Positions 38,687-51,578 of a DNA stretch of 64,000 bases are shown here, piece by piece. The notes below the pieces were generated by a model that saw only the letters and a program-made list of their open reading frames with translations, did not search any database and was not told where the DNA came from. Position 1 is the stretch's first letter. Every line of letters begins with the position of its first letter. This DNA is from Antedon mediterranea (taxonomy: Eukaryota > Animalia > Echinodermata), in NCBI RefSeq assembly GCF_964355755.1, contig NC_092671.1, positions 23,448,070 through 23,512,069 on the forward strand. The letters are read 5' to 3'. Position numbers and translations under genes: made by a program.

Positions 38687-41600
38687 TACGGGGCGCCGTA
38701 TGGGACAATGCTAATTTTGTCGAAATATTACAATTTTGTCTACACATAATTAATTTTGTCAATACAAAATTCATTTTGTCAACACAAAATTAATTTTGTA
38801 TTGACAAAATTCATTTTGTGTTGACAAAATTTATTCTGTGTGGACAAAATTAATTTTGTCTTGACAAAATTCATTTTGTCTCGACAAAATTAATTCTGTG
38901 TAAACAAAATTCATTCTGTGTAGACAAAATTAATTCTGTGTTGACAAAATTCATTCTGTAACGACAAAATTCATTTTGTGGCGACAAAATTCATTCTGTA
39001 ACGACAAAATTCATTTTGTGTAGACAAAATTAATTCTGTGTGGACAAAATTAATTCTGTGTAGACTAAATTAATTCTGTGTGGACAAAATTCATTTTGTG
39101 GCAACAAAATGTATTCTGTGTAGACAAAATTTATTCTGTGTAGACAAAATTCATTCTGTGTAGACAAAATTTATTTTGTCGCGACAAAATAAATTTTGTT
39201 GCAACAAAATTTATTTTGTCGCGACAAAATAAATTTTGTTAGCCGAGCCTACTCAAGCGTGGGACAAAACGTTTTAACATTTAAATTAGAAGGCGGGGTT
39301 GTTATTGGAAACTCGAAGATTGACAGTTATAGGCCTACGATCAAACAGCTCGCGAATATCATTTTACGACCTCCTCTACACCGGTGAACTTGAATACTTT
39401 GCGTCGAGTATAAGTACAGTTTATACTGACGTATAACAATATTATTGTATACTTAAACTTAATTCCGATTCAGCAAAACGGAACACGTAGCCCTCCCGGG
39501 TAGCCCTATATGCCTACCAATTTTGGTAATAAATATTAAAGATGGTTGAAGATTTATATCGATACCGATAATATTGATAAAGAAAATGACAACACTATTT
39601 ACGATAACATCTGATAAGTTGAGTAGTAATGAAATGATTTTAGTTAATACATTTATTTTAATATAATAGTTAGTATAGGCCTATTTATTCTTATGGGAAT
39701 TGCGTCGTCTATATAGGCCTATACCAAGTTTATTTGATAGGAATACTAAATTGCTAATAGGCCTAACTCAAGGGAACAAAACTATGATATATCTCTTAAG
39801 ACATATATTAATTGTCTCTAATTGGAATAATAGAGATATCTTTATTGAAAAGATATCTTGGTTATAACAGGGATATATCTCTATTGGAACCTAAGATCTA
39901 TATTGTAAACTAACTACATCTATTAAAAACTAAGATATTTTAGTTGCCTAAATAAATGACAGTTTGGTACGCCATAGATTATGATATTGCAAATTGTCGT
40001 TAAAAAGTTAAATTTAATTTCAAAGTTACGTTTAACTATTAATTTTACTCTCGGTTGCATATTATTATATATTTACACCCTCGAAAGATATAATTCAACT
40101 TTGACCAAATAGTTATATGGGTGTTCACACAACTGACATATGGCGCCACTCAAGTATCCATTCCCATGGCAGTGTATATAATCTTTCCACCTTCTCCATG
40201 ATTGATTTGATTTATTATACATTGGTAATTGCAAATAATTGTTTATAGGTTTACATTGTTCTTTGTACTTTTAATGTACGTATTCAGTCTTTTCCTGGCT
40301 TGATAAGATTGATGTTAAATAAAAATGCATTTTCCACTAATAAAATATGGAGTTGTATCGAGAAAGTATTGTAATTTCGGGCAGAATGGTTTTCGGTCTG
40401 GAAAGGTCATTATTACACTGTCTGGAGTGTTGATATTTATACATCGAATGTTTTATGGGCAATCAGTCCTGAACCTAGACAACTTGCGTAGACCCTCAGT
40501 CAAACCAGAATGGTTTTCGGTCTGGAAAGGTCATTATTACACTGTCTGGGGTGTTGATATTTATACATCGAATGTTTTATGGTCAATCAGTCCTGAACCT
40601 AGCCAACATAGGCTACCTGGCCTACTTACTACTGTAGGTTAAAGGTTATTAGGTTTCGCAGGGTGGATGATTGTTATAATAAAACTAACGTGAGCAATCT
40701 TTTGTAGTCAGTTCTTTAAATGTTTTTTTTTTTCAAATAACGGACAGCTTTCAGCATCATTATTTCTGCAATGATTATTACTATCTTAAAGATATATTGT
40801 CCCCTGAAAAAAATGTTTTTTTTTTAATCTTTTTGTTGAATATGTTATTTTAATGTCACATAATAGTTATTCACTTTCACAAAAAATTGGGTCTGAAAAA
40901 AAATTATTTACCTGAAAAAACTGTAATTTAAAGCAAAAAATTGTCAAATTGTCTGGAAGCCAATGAGTTTTTGGGTAATTTAACTGTTTATTTTGTCTTT
41001 AATAGTTGAAATAATTTTTTTCCCCGTTCTTTTTTCTTATGGAAGTGAACAACTTTATTAAAACTGCATAATGGCCTATTCTTTATTTTTCATGATTTTG
41101 GGAGACAATACATTTTTAATTTTAAAATAAAGTATATACATTTTATAAGATTAATAAATAATATTTTAAACGACAAAATATTAAATAGCCCCATTACTAC
41201 AATTTTACTTAAGTAATAAGCAGGGCTCTAATGAAAACCATTTTCCGATTTTTTAATATAGAATACATTATAATAATAATTATTACTGACGACGTAGATA
41301 TTAAATTGTCAAAGTATGAATACTGATCATATCTGATATTTTCAGGGGTTCCCTGATATTATAAAATAGATTAATATGATAGCAATAGAGACGGAGGCAT
41401 GCTCAGCCATAATAACTTAACCAATAACAAATGTCAAAGATAGCTTCACCCTCTCTTGCCCTTTTCACGTTTAAACTCCGCCTTCTAATTTAAATATTAA
41501 AACCGAGCCTACTCAAGCGTGGGACAAAATGTTTTAAAAAACGTTTTGTCCCACGCTTGAGTAGGCTCGGCTAACAAAATTTATTTTGTCGCGACAAAAT

Positions 41601-42126
41601 TTATTTTGTCTCGACAAAATGAATTTTGTTGCAACAAAATTCATTTTGTCTACACAGAATGAATTTTGTCTACACAGAATTAATTTTGTCCACACAGAAT
41701 TAATTTTGTCCACACAGAATTAATTTTGTCGTTACAGAATGAATTTTGTCTACACAGAATGAATTTTGTCTAGACAGAATTAATTTTGTCCACACAGAAT
41801 GAATTTTGTCGTTACAGAATGAATTTTGTCGCCACAAAATGAATTTTGTCGTTACAGAATGAATTTTGTCTGCACAGAATTAATTTTGTCAACACAGAAT
41901 TAATTTTGTCTACACAGAATGAATTTTGTTTACACAGAATTAATTTTGTCGAGACAAAATGAATTTTGTCCACACAGAATAAATTTTGTCAACAAAAAAT
42001 GAATTTTGTCCACACAGAATAAATTTTGTGTTGACAAAATGAATTTTGTATTGACAAAATTAATTATGTGTAGACAAAATTGTAATATTTCGACAAAATT
42101 AGCAATGTCCCAAACGGCGCCCCGTA
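38687..42126. mobile_element. Non-autonomous IS3EU-like element with TIRs built of 20-bp tandem arrays, in a transposase intron
   Basis: TACGG...CCGTA termini with a 6-bp TSD cttttc (38681-38686 and 42127-42132). (gacaaaattcattctgtgta)n at 38710-39240 is inverted at 41570-42110. Confidence 0.8.
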
Positions 42127-43482
42127 CTTTTCACGTACACGCTACTGGAGGCCTCTTTATCATACTGTATTTCTATTACCGGTTTGACATATTTAACAAA
42201 TCATTATTATTAGGTTTTCAAGAAAGTATTTAATGCCATGCAATGTGTATTGCCAGTCTCAAAAGCCCAATATGCAAATGTATTTGAATGACCTGATGAA
42301 AAGAATACTTAAGTACAATGAGGGTGAGACACTTTTATTCTTTGCTTTACATAACTTAATTAATAATAACAATTCACTATATTACAATCAGTAATTACCG
42401 TATTTATTCGAATAGACGCCCTCCCCCCCCCCCCCCCCCCACTTGAATAAACTCTCCTCCCTTCTCTCAAATAAATGCCCGGGGGGGGCATTGTTTTTTG
42501 TTCCTCAAATACACGCCCCGCCACATGCATTACACACAATATTTGTAGTAGAATTCATTGACTTCCATGATCTACAGTTTGACCATGTATTTTCGCGCCG
42601 CGGCTCTAGCCAGCTATGTCCCAGGAGGACACATTAATTAATAAGCTGTTTCATAGCGGTAGCTTTAGTATCTAAGGCTGACAGTTTTGTGAATTTGGAA
42701 ACTCGACTATAATTTATAGGTAGCTGCTGGACCCAAAAAACGTCTGGGAGAAGAGAGTCTATATGAAAGCCTTTGCTGATAATACAGTATTATTGAGATG
42801 TAGACGGAAATCTGTAAAATCTTGATCAATAAATAATAACTTCGTTTTTGCTGTCAACCAGGCCGGTATTATAATAAGTCACTGTCAAATAATCATTCGA
42901 TAATGGTCAAAACTTTATTTTGGCTCTGTCAACATAAAGGGAGGTACAGTATTTACAATGACTTTCTTTGACTGTCAATCTAGGCCAATGTTATAATAAT
43001 ACGCCGTCAGATATTAAATCATTGAAACAGTCCTCGTAAATTTTTTGTTGGTTATCAGATGCCGTGGGGGGTCCAATCAATTATCGTCAGAAGGTGATCA
43101 ATCAGTCTATGTAGCAGCAGCAGATTATTAGGAACGCCTGCTCCATTAATTAATCCAGAAAAAGGTTTGTACATTATCTATTTGTTTATTAGCCTTCTCC
43201 TAACACAATTATATTTTCTTTAAAAAAAAGGTTTTATAAGTGGTTTCAACATTTATGATAGTAATGTCACAGTTCTGTGTCTGGACGCAAGTTCATAGAC
43301 CTACTAGTTATATTATTCATATTAACTGATACTTACTCTTCATTTACCGTAAAGTTCAGTTTTAATGAAATATATAATATAAATTGGCTTCGTAACAATT
43401 AATTAGTTTTGAAAAGATTAGTTTTTTGGTGATAGGTGAAAATGACATGTAACTTCGTAATCAATTTATTTTTTTTGTATAA

Positions 43483-43843
43483 AGGCCCAATTACACTATG
43501 ACGATAACGACGGACGATAAATATATAGCATGCATTTTTTTTACATAAACCAAAAGAAATTAGAAAGGTTTTCGTTCTAGACCTATAGGATAATCATTTA
43601 TGCTGTCTTTGATAAAAATAATGTTTTTCAAATTCCAATCAAATGACGTCATGATAAATAAAAACAATAAAATCGCTGTATTGTCACGATATTATTGGTC
43701 TTACTAATCATGACGTCATTTGATTGGACGTGTGAAAATATAATTTTCATCAAAGGAATTGTTTATATTTCTTTTGGTTTATGTATTAAAAATGCACATT
43801 TGTCTATTTATCATCGATCGTTATCGTCCTAGTGTATGGGCCT
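43483..43843. mobile_element. Palindromic Harbinger-type MITE
   Basis: ggccca..tacacta.gacgataacga / tcgttatcgtc.tagtgtatgggcc with taa/tta flanks; the whole element is roughly self-complementary. Confidence 0.7.
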
Positions 43844-44054
43844 TATGCTGTAAATGTTCAATTAATTGATCATTCCGATTTTATTAGTTGGACTCTTGCA
43901 CAGTTGGTGTCTAATCGTTGTTGTGTAATATCATTTCGAACCATATTAAAATCATAAAGAGATTCATATTCCTTAACATGTGGCTGTGCATGGAAGTCTG
44001 GTCTACACAAACTCGGCCCCGGGCCTGAAAGTGTTGGTGAATTCATAATTATAC

Positions 44055-44094
<40 letters not shown>

Positions 44095-44098
<4 letters not shown>

Positions 44099-44270
44099 CC
44101 AAAGGCAAATTACTGAAAAATATGACAATGCTGTGGGTATCAGTGGCTGGATCTCAATGGAGATACAAAAATAAAAAGCGAAAAGCTAAATCAAAACGAT
44201 AAAGTAAACAGCCAGAAAAGTTAGCAGAGCTTTCGGGCAACACTAGCCCTTCATCAGTGCAAGTGACATA
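44095..44270 (-). mobile_element. Solo Penelope-type pLTR with a minimal hammerhead motif (44224-44260), next to a (TA)n run
   Basis: Minus strand reads gca-CTGATGA-a-gggc(tagtgtt)gccc-GAAA-gc-TC-tgc. Confidence 0.65.
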
Positions 44271-45501
44271 TAAATATATTATTATACAATTGAAAGCAAA
44301 ACCCGTTGAATCTCAAATCATTAGGACTAGAAATTTGGCTTATCAATCAAATAAATCTTTCGTTCAAAATGAAACTCCAACCTCTGTAATCAAAAGATTG
44401 AACTCGAAAACGGACCGTTTTTTTAATTGGGTATGTTGAAACATTTCAATATTCATTTAATAAAGTACATTAATTATGGTATTGATCAGTGGCTATAGAG
44501 GCGTAAAAACCCTCGGTCAATATCATGTAGAATGCACTGTGGAAGGGTCATTATTAAGACTGCAAAATTGGGCTTATCAACAAATAAATACTTTCGTTCA
44601 AAATGTAAAATCAAGGCTGAAAAATTGGGCTTATCAACAACAAAATATTTTATTATTAGACGCGATAACATCAAGGATAATCAGTATAATTATTAATATA
44701 GCCACTGTTACTTATAGTTTTATTCTACATGCTAAAGTAAATAAAAATCCACTAGAAAACAAGCAAGTCTGAATGTTATGCTTATTAGCCATGTTATGTT
44801 TGTTACTGTAGGCCTATGATTGTTTGTAATGTCCACATATTATTTCCGTGGGCATATCCATAGTGTATCACTCACAAAAAAGACGTGTGAGGTTCTTTCT
44901 TTAGATTTTGAAGAATGATTTGTGTTACATGTTGACACAAGAGTCAAATGCTCAAGATATCGGCTAACGCCATGGGACCCTTGGCTTATCAATGAATAAT
45001 AAATACAGTACTACTTTCGTTCAATTGAAATCGGAATCTGACTGTTTCATTAAATTGGGTGTGATTAGGCCTAAACATATAATAATTTATTAAAAAGGTA
45101 CAATAAAAACAAATGCATCAGAGGCGTAAAGAACCCACGGTAAATATCATATAAAATGTATATGGTATAAGCACTGTGGAAGGGTCATTATTATTAAACT
45201 GGAAAATTCGGCTTATCAACAAATAAATACTTTCGTTTAAAATGTAAAATAAGACTGCAAAATTGGGCTTATCAACAAATAAATACTTTCGTTCAAAATG
45301 TAAAACAAGCCTGCACAATTGGGCTTATCAACAAATAAAATACTTTTTTTTTTAAATGTAAAATTAAGACTGGAAAATTAGGCTTATAAACAAATAAATA
45401 CTTTTTTTCAAAATGTAAAATTAAGACTGGAAAATTGGGCTTATAAACAAATAAATACTTCCGTTCAAAATGTAAGAAAACATTTTTTAAATATAATCCT
45501 A

Positions 45502-45655
45502 AGCTCTGTCTATACTATCAAACTAAATATGATGTGCCCATATTATATAGACATGACGATGTCATATCACTACGATAATCGGGCATATCACTACCATATT
45601 TGGGCACATCACACTTTTTTGGTTAAACTAGTTGGGACAGTGTAGACACAGAACT
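45502..45655. mobile_element. Short Harbinger-like MITE
   Basis: agctctgtctatact ... agtgtagacacagaact, with an internal gatgtgccca / tgggcacatc inverted repeat. Confidence 0.5.
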
Positions 45656-48600
45656 ATGTGATCGAAACATAAGTCGGAATTGGACTGACGCGATTGATTT
45701 AATTGGGTATTTTTATTAATGTAATGATTCATTAAAAACTATAATACCGATACGCGTTTGGTATTGATCAATGGTGCAAAAAACCCTGAGAAATAATGTT
45801 ATAACGCGATTTGGTGATAGCTTAGCAATAATACAACCCATATACTATTATTATAAATACCTATTACAAATCCATTCATATAACTTTTCATCGCGAACCG
45901 AAAATGTATAAATGTTATTCTACAGACAGTAATTATATATTCAAAAGCCATATTATTATTATTATCAATACCTAAATGCGATAGTAATAACTACATACAT
46001 TATTCCCAATACAAGTGTGTGCGTTTAATTCTAGAAAGAAACGACTGTGCTGACAGGCCAATGACATAAATCACAAGTAAAGTCCCAATTGTTCACTTGC
46101 GTTTTGATTGGCCAACCTATTATATTAGATTAATGAAGACTGTTCTTACAACTGTCCAGTCAAAAAGTTACGCGGCGTTTTTTGTAAGAAATATTTCTTG
46201 TTTATATAATTTTTACTGTATTTTATCACATATTGATATTATAATTGTGTTGTATTTTTTCATATTTAGGACGAACTTATTTGATTATTCAGGTTACCAT
46301 ATTTTTACACAAAAAAACGCCTCCCTCGAATAAACTTCGAGAACCACCCCCCCCCCCCCCCGCCCACACCCCTAAAAACCTCCCGGGCATTTATTCGAAT
46401 AAATACGGTATTTATCAAGACGACGCAGCAATTGCAAAACAATACGAGAAATACGTTGGTGGTGAATTTGAGTTTGAAATTATAATTTTTTTTGATGATT
46501 TAATATTCGCAGGTGTTTTAATGCAAACTTATTATGGAAACCGTCTGATTACAGCGCGTCTTTTGGCTACATGCTTAGATCTACCCGCTAGAGCTATTGT
46601 ATCGAATATGAAACAATATAACGGACGATTCGGATGCAATTCAACGTATGGCTGCAGGAAGGTTCTATGGGAGCAACACCGTTACATCGCTTTTATCCGT
46701 ATAGAGCCACCAATGCACTACGGACGAATGATGGATTCAAAGAAAAGTCGCAAATGGCCGCCATGAATGGAGAAGCAGTACGTTAAGTTCTCATTTTGTT
46801 ACCGTGCTAATAAGAAAAAATTAAAAATTTTTGTTTTTTTTACCGTACCGTACTTATCTATTGCAGGTAAGCGGCATTAAAGGCGCATCACCACTCATGC
46901 TTCTTCCGTATGTAGACATGAAGGCAGCTATTCCAATCGATTGGATGCACTGCGTGCTCCTTGGCATCACGAAACAACTTGGCAAAGACTCCAAAGGACA
47001 ATCCTTTTACATTGGAAATAAGGTTAGTTGCAACATTTTGTGTAGGTGAACAATTTTACTGGACCAAAAGGCCAGGGATAGGCCCACTATTATATTGGCT
47101 TTTGTGAAAAACTATTTTTTACAATCAAAATATAATTTATGAAATATATATTATAATTGTATTTGTTTAGATTGCTCTTCTTAACGAGCGACTTTTGGCG
47201 ATAAAAACGCCTAAATTTGTCGCCCGACGCCAAAGAAGTCTGGACGAAAGCCAGCATTGGAAAGGTAAGATTAAAGAGATTAAGGAATTGCAACATGACA
47301 ATTATTGTTTAATTATTTTATTTTAATCCAATGAATACCTACTCATTGTACAGACCAGACACAACACACAGTAACGAACAGCCGATTGATCGAATTTGAC
47401 CAAGCAAACTTTAATTTATGTATTATTAATTTTATGATACTTTGGATTTAAAGCTTCAGAATGTCGTGAATGGCTCATTCACTTTCGATACCTGTTGTAA
47501 GAGGGATATTGGATCCAATGGCGTTACGTCCATTACAGTTTACTGGTATCGGCAATTTCTACTCTTGCACAGGAATCTATTACGAAAGAACAACTAATAT
47601 ATGCTGACACATTACTGACGGACTTCTGTGCAATTTTCCCCACAATCTATGGTAATTTAAAACATTTAACTTCTCTACGAATAATATTTATTTTATGCTG
47701 TGATACTCTATTTGAAACCCTGATTTTTTAATACTGGGTAAAAAGTACATTTTAAAAATGGCTTACCGTACTGTTTGTTGGATGGAATTTTCCCATTTCA
47801 ATTATATTTGTGAGATTGTATATTGAATTTTAATATCCTAGGTGAGACTAAGCAAACAATGAATGTGCACCAACTCACACATGGTCCATACATGTGAACG
47901 GTTTGGACCGTTATTTGGTTTCTCTTGTTTCGTATTTGAATCGATGAATTCTTTCTTAAAGAATATGGTCCATGGATCAAATTTTGTAACTGAACAGGTA
48001 TGTAAAACATTTATTTAAAACAATTCAAAACAAATAAATTCAGACAATTTATATTAATTGCATCAATATTTAATGATTTAATTAATCAAATTATAATATT
48101 CATCTACCGAAATATAGCCTAAAACATAAACCGAATTCTTTACATCATTTAAAATTACTTAGTGATCAAATTCCCACAGATAACGTTCGCTGCCAGCATG
48201 ACCAAGGCCTTGCCAGCATTGGTGTATAAACTGAAAGAAGAAAGCAGTACATGTACGAAACAGCTGCTTGATAGACTGACAGTGAAATATATGCGGCAGT
48301 AAGTTTCCTGTTTTGCATGTTAATGTTATTTGTCAACATAAATCAAGACATGATCAATGCATAATTCTCGAAAAAAAATGAATTTCTTTTATAAATTTAC
48401 AGTGGATTATTTAGCAGGTAGGCCTAGTCCTACAGTAGCTAATCGTTATGTCATTTGTTTATTGGTTAGAATAATCGTTTATATTACAGAGATAAAGAAC
48501 CCGATGTGACAACGGTACTAGGGAGAGGTGTGCCGATGACGGGTACCAATTTTCGATACCTAATTGCAGACCTCCGTCATGTGACGACTTTCAAGCGGCT

Positions 48601-48989
48601 CCAAAAGGGCAGTGTTGTATATACTTGCCAAAGCGAGACGAGCAAGACGAAAAGTAACTGCTGCGTCGTCTTTCAATTAAATGATGCCTGGGCAGTTGGA
48701 AAGATACTCACGTTTATCACATCCACAACATCCACTCACTGCATCATACAGACGTACACATTAGAAGGATCGTTATTTGATTTCAATCAAATAAGGCATG
48801 CTCAAATACGAGCGTATGATGACAGAATATTATGCCATCATATCCAGAAGGTCAAATCATCGTCAACAGTACTCGTACCAGTGTCACGCATTCTTAAGCC
48901 GTGCATCTTTATGCATATTCATGATGACACGTTTGTGTCGGTACCACCAAACTTGTTGGAACATGACTAGTGTAGTGCTAGTAGTATGT

Positions 48990-49350
48990 GGTGGGGTATG
49001 CGGGTTATTATAACCTTGGTGGAGTGACGTCCCTGCCCCCAAGATGCATAGTTATTGTAAATAATGGCGGGGTATGCGTGTCATACAGACCTTAGGGAGT
49101 GACGTCCCTACCCCCAAGATGCATAGTTATTGTAAATAATGGCGGGGTATGCGGGTTATTATAACCTTAGTGGAGTGACGTCCCTACCCCCAAGATGCAT
49201 AGTTATTGTAAATAATGGCGGGGTGTGCGGGTTATTATAACCTTAGTGGAGTGACGTCCCTACCCCAAGATGCATAGTTATTGTAAATAATGGCGGGGTA
49301 TGCGGGTCTTACAGACCTTAGGGAGTGACGTCCCTACCCCAAGATGCAAA
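48990..49350. repeat. ~62-bp tandem repeat (~5.5 copies) immediately after the transposase stop
   Basis: Unit ggggtatgcgggttattataaccttagtggagtgacgtccctacccccaagatgcatagttattgtaaataatggc with small variants. Confidence 0.9.
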
Positions 49351-49410
49351 GTTAGTTTATGGTATATTGGCCTAGATATATGAATTTTAAATGGCAAACA
49401 AAATAAAAAC

Positions 49411-49670
49411 TGGGTTTATTATCCCAGGACAGCCAAATCATCATTATTCAGTGTGTTTTTTTTTAAATTTGCTAAGATCTAATTAGTTTGTACGGTATGC
49501 CGTATCTTTATAACGAAATAATTATATCAATGATGATGACGGCTGTTTCGATCCTTAAAGTTGAGGTGACTATTGATCGGATCTCCTGCATACGACACAT
49601 GCATTGTCTATGCAGGAGTGCAGTATTGCACTCATCAGCTGGAAAACCAATAGCGTCATACCCTCAATTT
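49411..49670 (-). ncRNA. Extended type I hammerhead ribozyme (right copy)
   Basis: Minus strand: CTGATGA 49638-49632, GAAA 49549-49546, GTC triplet 49430-49428, same stems as the left copy. Confidence 0.8.
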
Positions 49671-49931
49671 AACAATAACTCAACTCAACAATTTTAAGTA
49701 ATTTAATTATTTTACAAAAGATAATTCAACTGATAAAAATGGGAATAATGTAATTTCGTCATGTTATACAAATAAATTCATTTTTGATCAACTGAAACAA
49801 ACATGTTAAAAATAGTGGTGCTTAACCACGTTATCGACATTTATTCAGTGAAAAAATAACAAAGAACATACTAAATATATAGAGTAACAGTTAATGAATT
49901 AACATTGATAATCAACTCAACGTAAACTTGT

Positions 49932-51578
49932 TTTTTTCATTTCATTTCATTTCATTTATTTCAATATCATTATCGCAGCCTTAGCTGAATTACAAAGATA
50001 TTTACATTTGTTCAATATTAAAATTTGTAAAAAAGTATAAAACCAATGATAAAAAAATATAAAAAAGGAGGAAATTTACACAAGAAATACAATACAGGAA
50101 CATTCAAAAAGTTTAGCTTAAAATATTAAAATAGAAAAAAAAACACCTAAAAGCATCAATAAAAATCGCAAAGCTGTACTGGGTGATATATACAGATTAT
50201 TCATTTAGAAGCGAGATAAGGTATGGAATTGCACTTTTTCTATATCTTTCAACTCTGCATTTGGGTTGTTGATACTTTACACGTCTTAGTTTCATGTTAC
50301 TTACATTCTTCACTGGAAACCATTTTCCAAAATGAATACTTTTTGAACAATTCAGAGCAAACTTATAGCATAGATTACGCCTTCTATCAGATAAAGTGTC
50401 TAAAGAAAGATCATTGAGTGCTTGGTCATAACATATGTAGTCATTACACAATATTATTCTGCAAGCCCTTTTTTGGACAGATTCTATCATATCACTTTGT
50501 TTCTTAGTGAGACTAGAATGCCATACTGGGACAGCATATTCAACACTTGGTCTTATGTAACTCTTAAATACATCTACAAGATCAAATTTCGGAAGATTGA
50601 ACTTTCTTAATCTACATAATATATGCAGACGTCTGCTGGCTTTGGATACAATTTCTTTAACATTACGGTCCCATTTGAGGTTAGCTTGAATCCATAAACC
50701 TAGTAACTTAGTTTCATTAACGATTTCAATTGTAGCATTACCAATGAAAAGGGGTTCATGTTCATATTGATTTCTTTGAAAGTTAAAATACATAGTTTTA
50801 CATTTAGTTGGGTTAAGTTTTAGTTTGTTTTCATTAGACCATACATTCAGTAAAGCAACATCATTCTGAATTGAGGAAATTACATCCTTTTTTACTATCT
50901 GTCCTATGCACAAATCATCTACATATTTCCAAGTTTTACATGGCGAGTCTTGCATGGCATCATTAATTAGAGCAAGAAAGATCATAGGCCCAAGGAGCGT
51001 ACCTTGAGGGACGCCACATGTTAGATTAACACTCATTGATAAGGTGGATTTATAGCGTACTTGTTGGGTTCTGTTTGATAAAAAGCTAATTAACCACGGT
51101 ACAATTTCAGGTCTACAACCAAGTGTTACTAATTTAGAAACTGCTATTGTGTGGTCAACACAATCGAATGCTTTACTAAAGTCAGTTAAAACTAACTGAC
51201 CAACAGATTTGGGAATGTTACTACCTTCATAGAACACATTTAGTAGATCAACCAAATTATGGGTTGTAGAAAAGTGTTTACGGCAACCATATTGGTTGTT
51301 ATCAAGATTTTTCTCGATATCTGTTAAGAGCCATTTTTTAATGAAGCCCTCAGCTACCTTAGCTAGGATACATGTAAGTGAGATTGGTCGAAATTTGTCA
51401 ACCCTAGTACAACCATTTTCTTTGGGAACCGGAGTAACAATAGCATCCTTCCACATAGTTGGGACATGACCCTCACTGAGGGAGGCATTTAAGATATTAG
51501 TCATAGGGATGCTTAGTTCACATGCAAAATCTCTTATTAATCTGTTAGGCACATTATCAGGGCCCGGGGACTTGTTAA
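49932..51578 (-). mobile_element. L2/CR1-clade LINE, 5'-truncated, with an open 451-aa RT frame
   Basis: ORF 50197-51552 contains FRPISLT, LTDFSKAFD, GVPQGTLLGP and KYVDD; (ATGAA)n tail at ~49936-49960. Confidence 0.9.

Larger units (their letters stand above)
42398..46408. mobile_element. Tc1/pogo-type composite non-autonomous element in a transposase intron
   Basis: TA|ccgtatttattcgaata ... tattcgaataaatacgg|TA. Confidence 0.75.
37426..48970 (+). pseudogene. Multi-exon CACTA/EnSpm (CMC) DDE transposase, frameshifted
   Basis: GT-AG exons: 37426-38101, 38305-38448, 38537-38618, 42214-42323, 46513-46777, 46867-47022, 47171-47263, ~47453-47651, ~47842-47997, 48180-48298 and ~48470-48970. Motifs: FYC..C..C.C, DITDG, LNT|DG, WPVYLAINELP, DLPARA..NG..GC, IDWMH..LLG, WK|ASE, NVHQL, FESMN and PNLLEHD*. 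Frameshifts near 46640, 47490 and 47880. Confidence 0.88.

Noticed and set aside
40382-40602. ~125-bp direct duplication and ORF 40325-40642
   Set aside because: It is a local tandem duplication inside the IS3EU-like element, and the ORF has no recognisable motifs.
38700-42120. Regular 20-bp arrays resembling CRISPR
   Set aside because: There are no unique spacers or cas genes, the context is eukaryotic, and the arrays are the inverted ends of a TSD-flanked transposon.
33061-49692. The 33.1-kb/49.6-kb inverted repeat as the TIRs of a separate inner transposon
   Set aside because: The BEN gene's last exon lies outside it, no TSD is visible, and similarity is concentrated in ribozyme helices with unrelated stem III loops. 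Not fully excluded.
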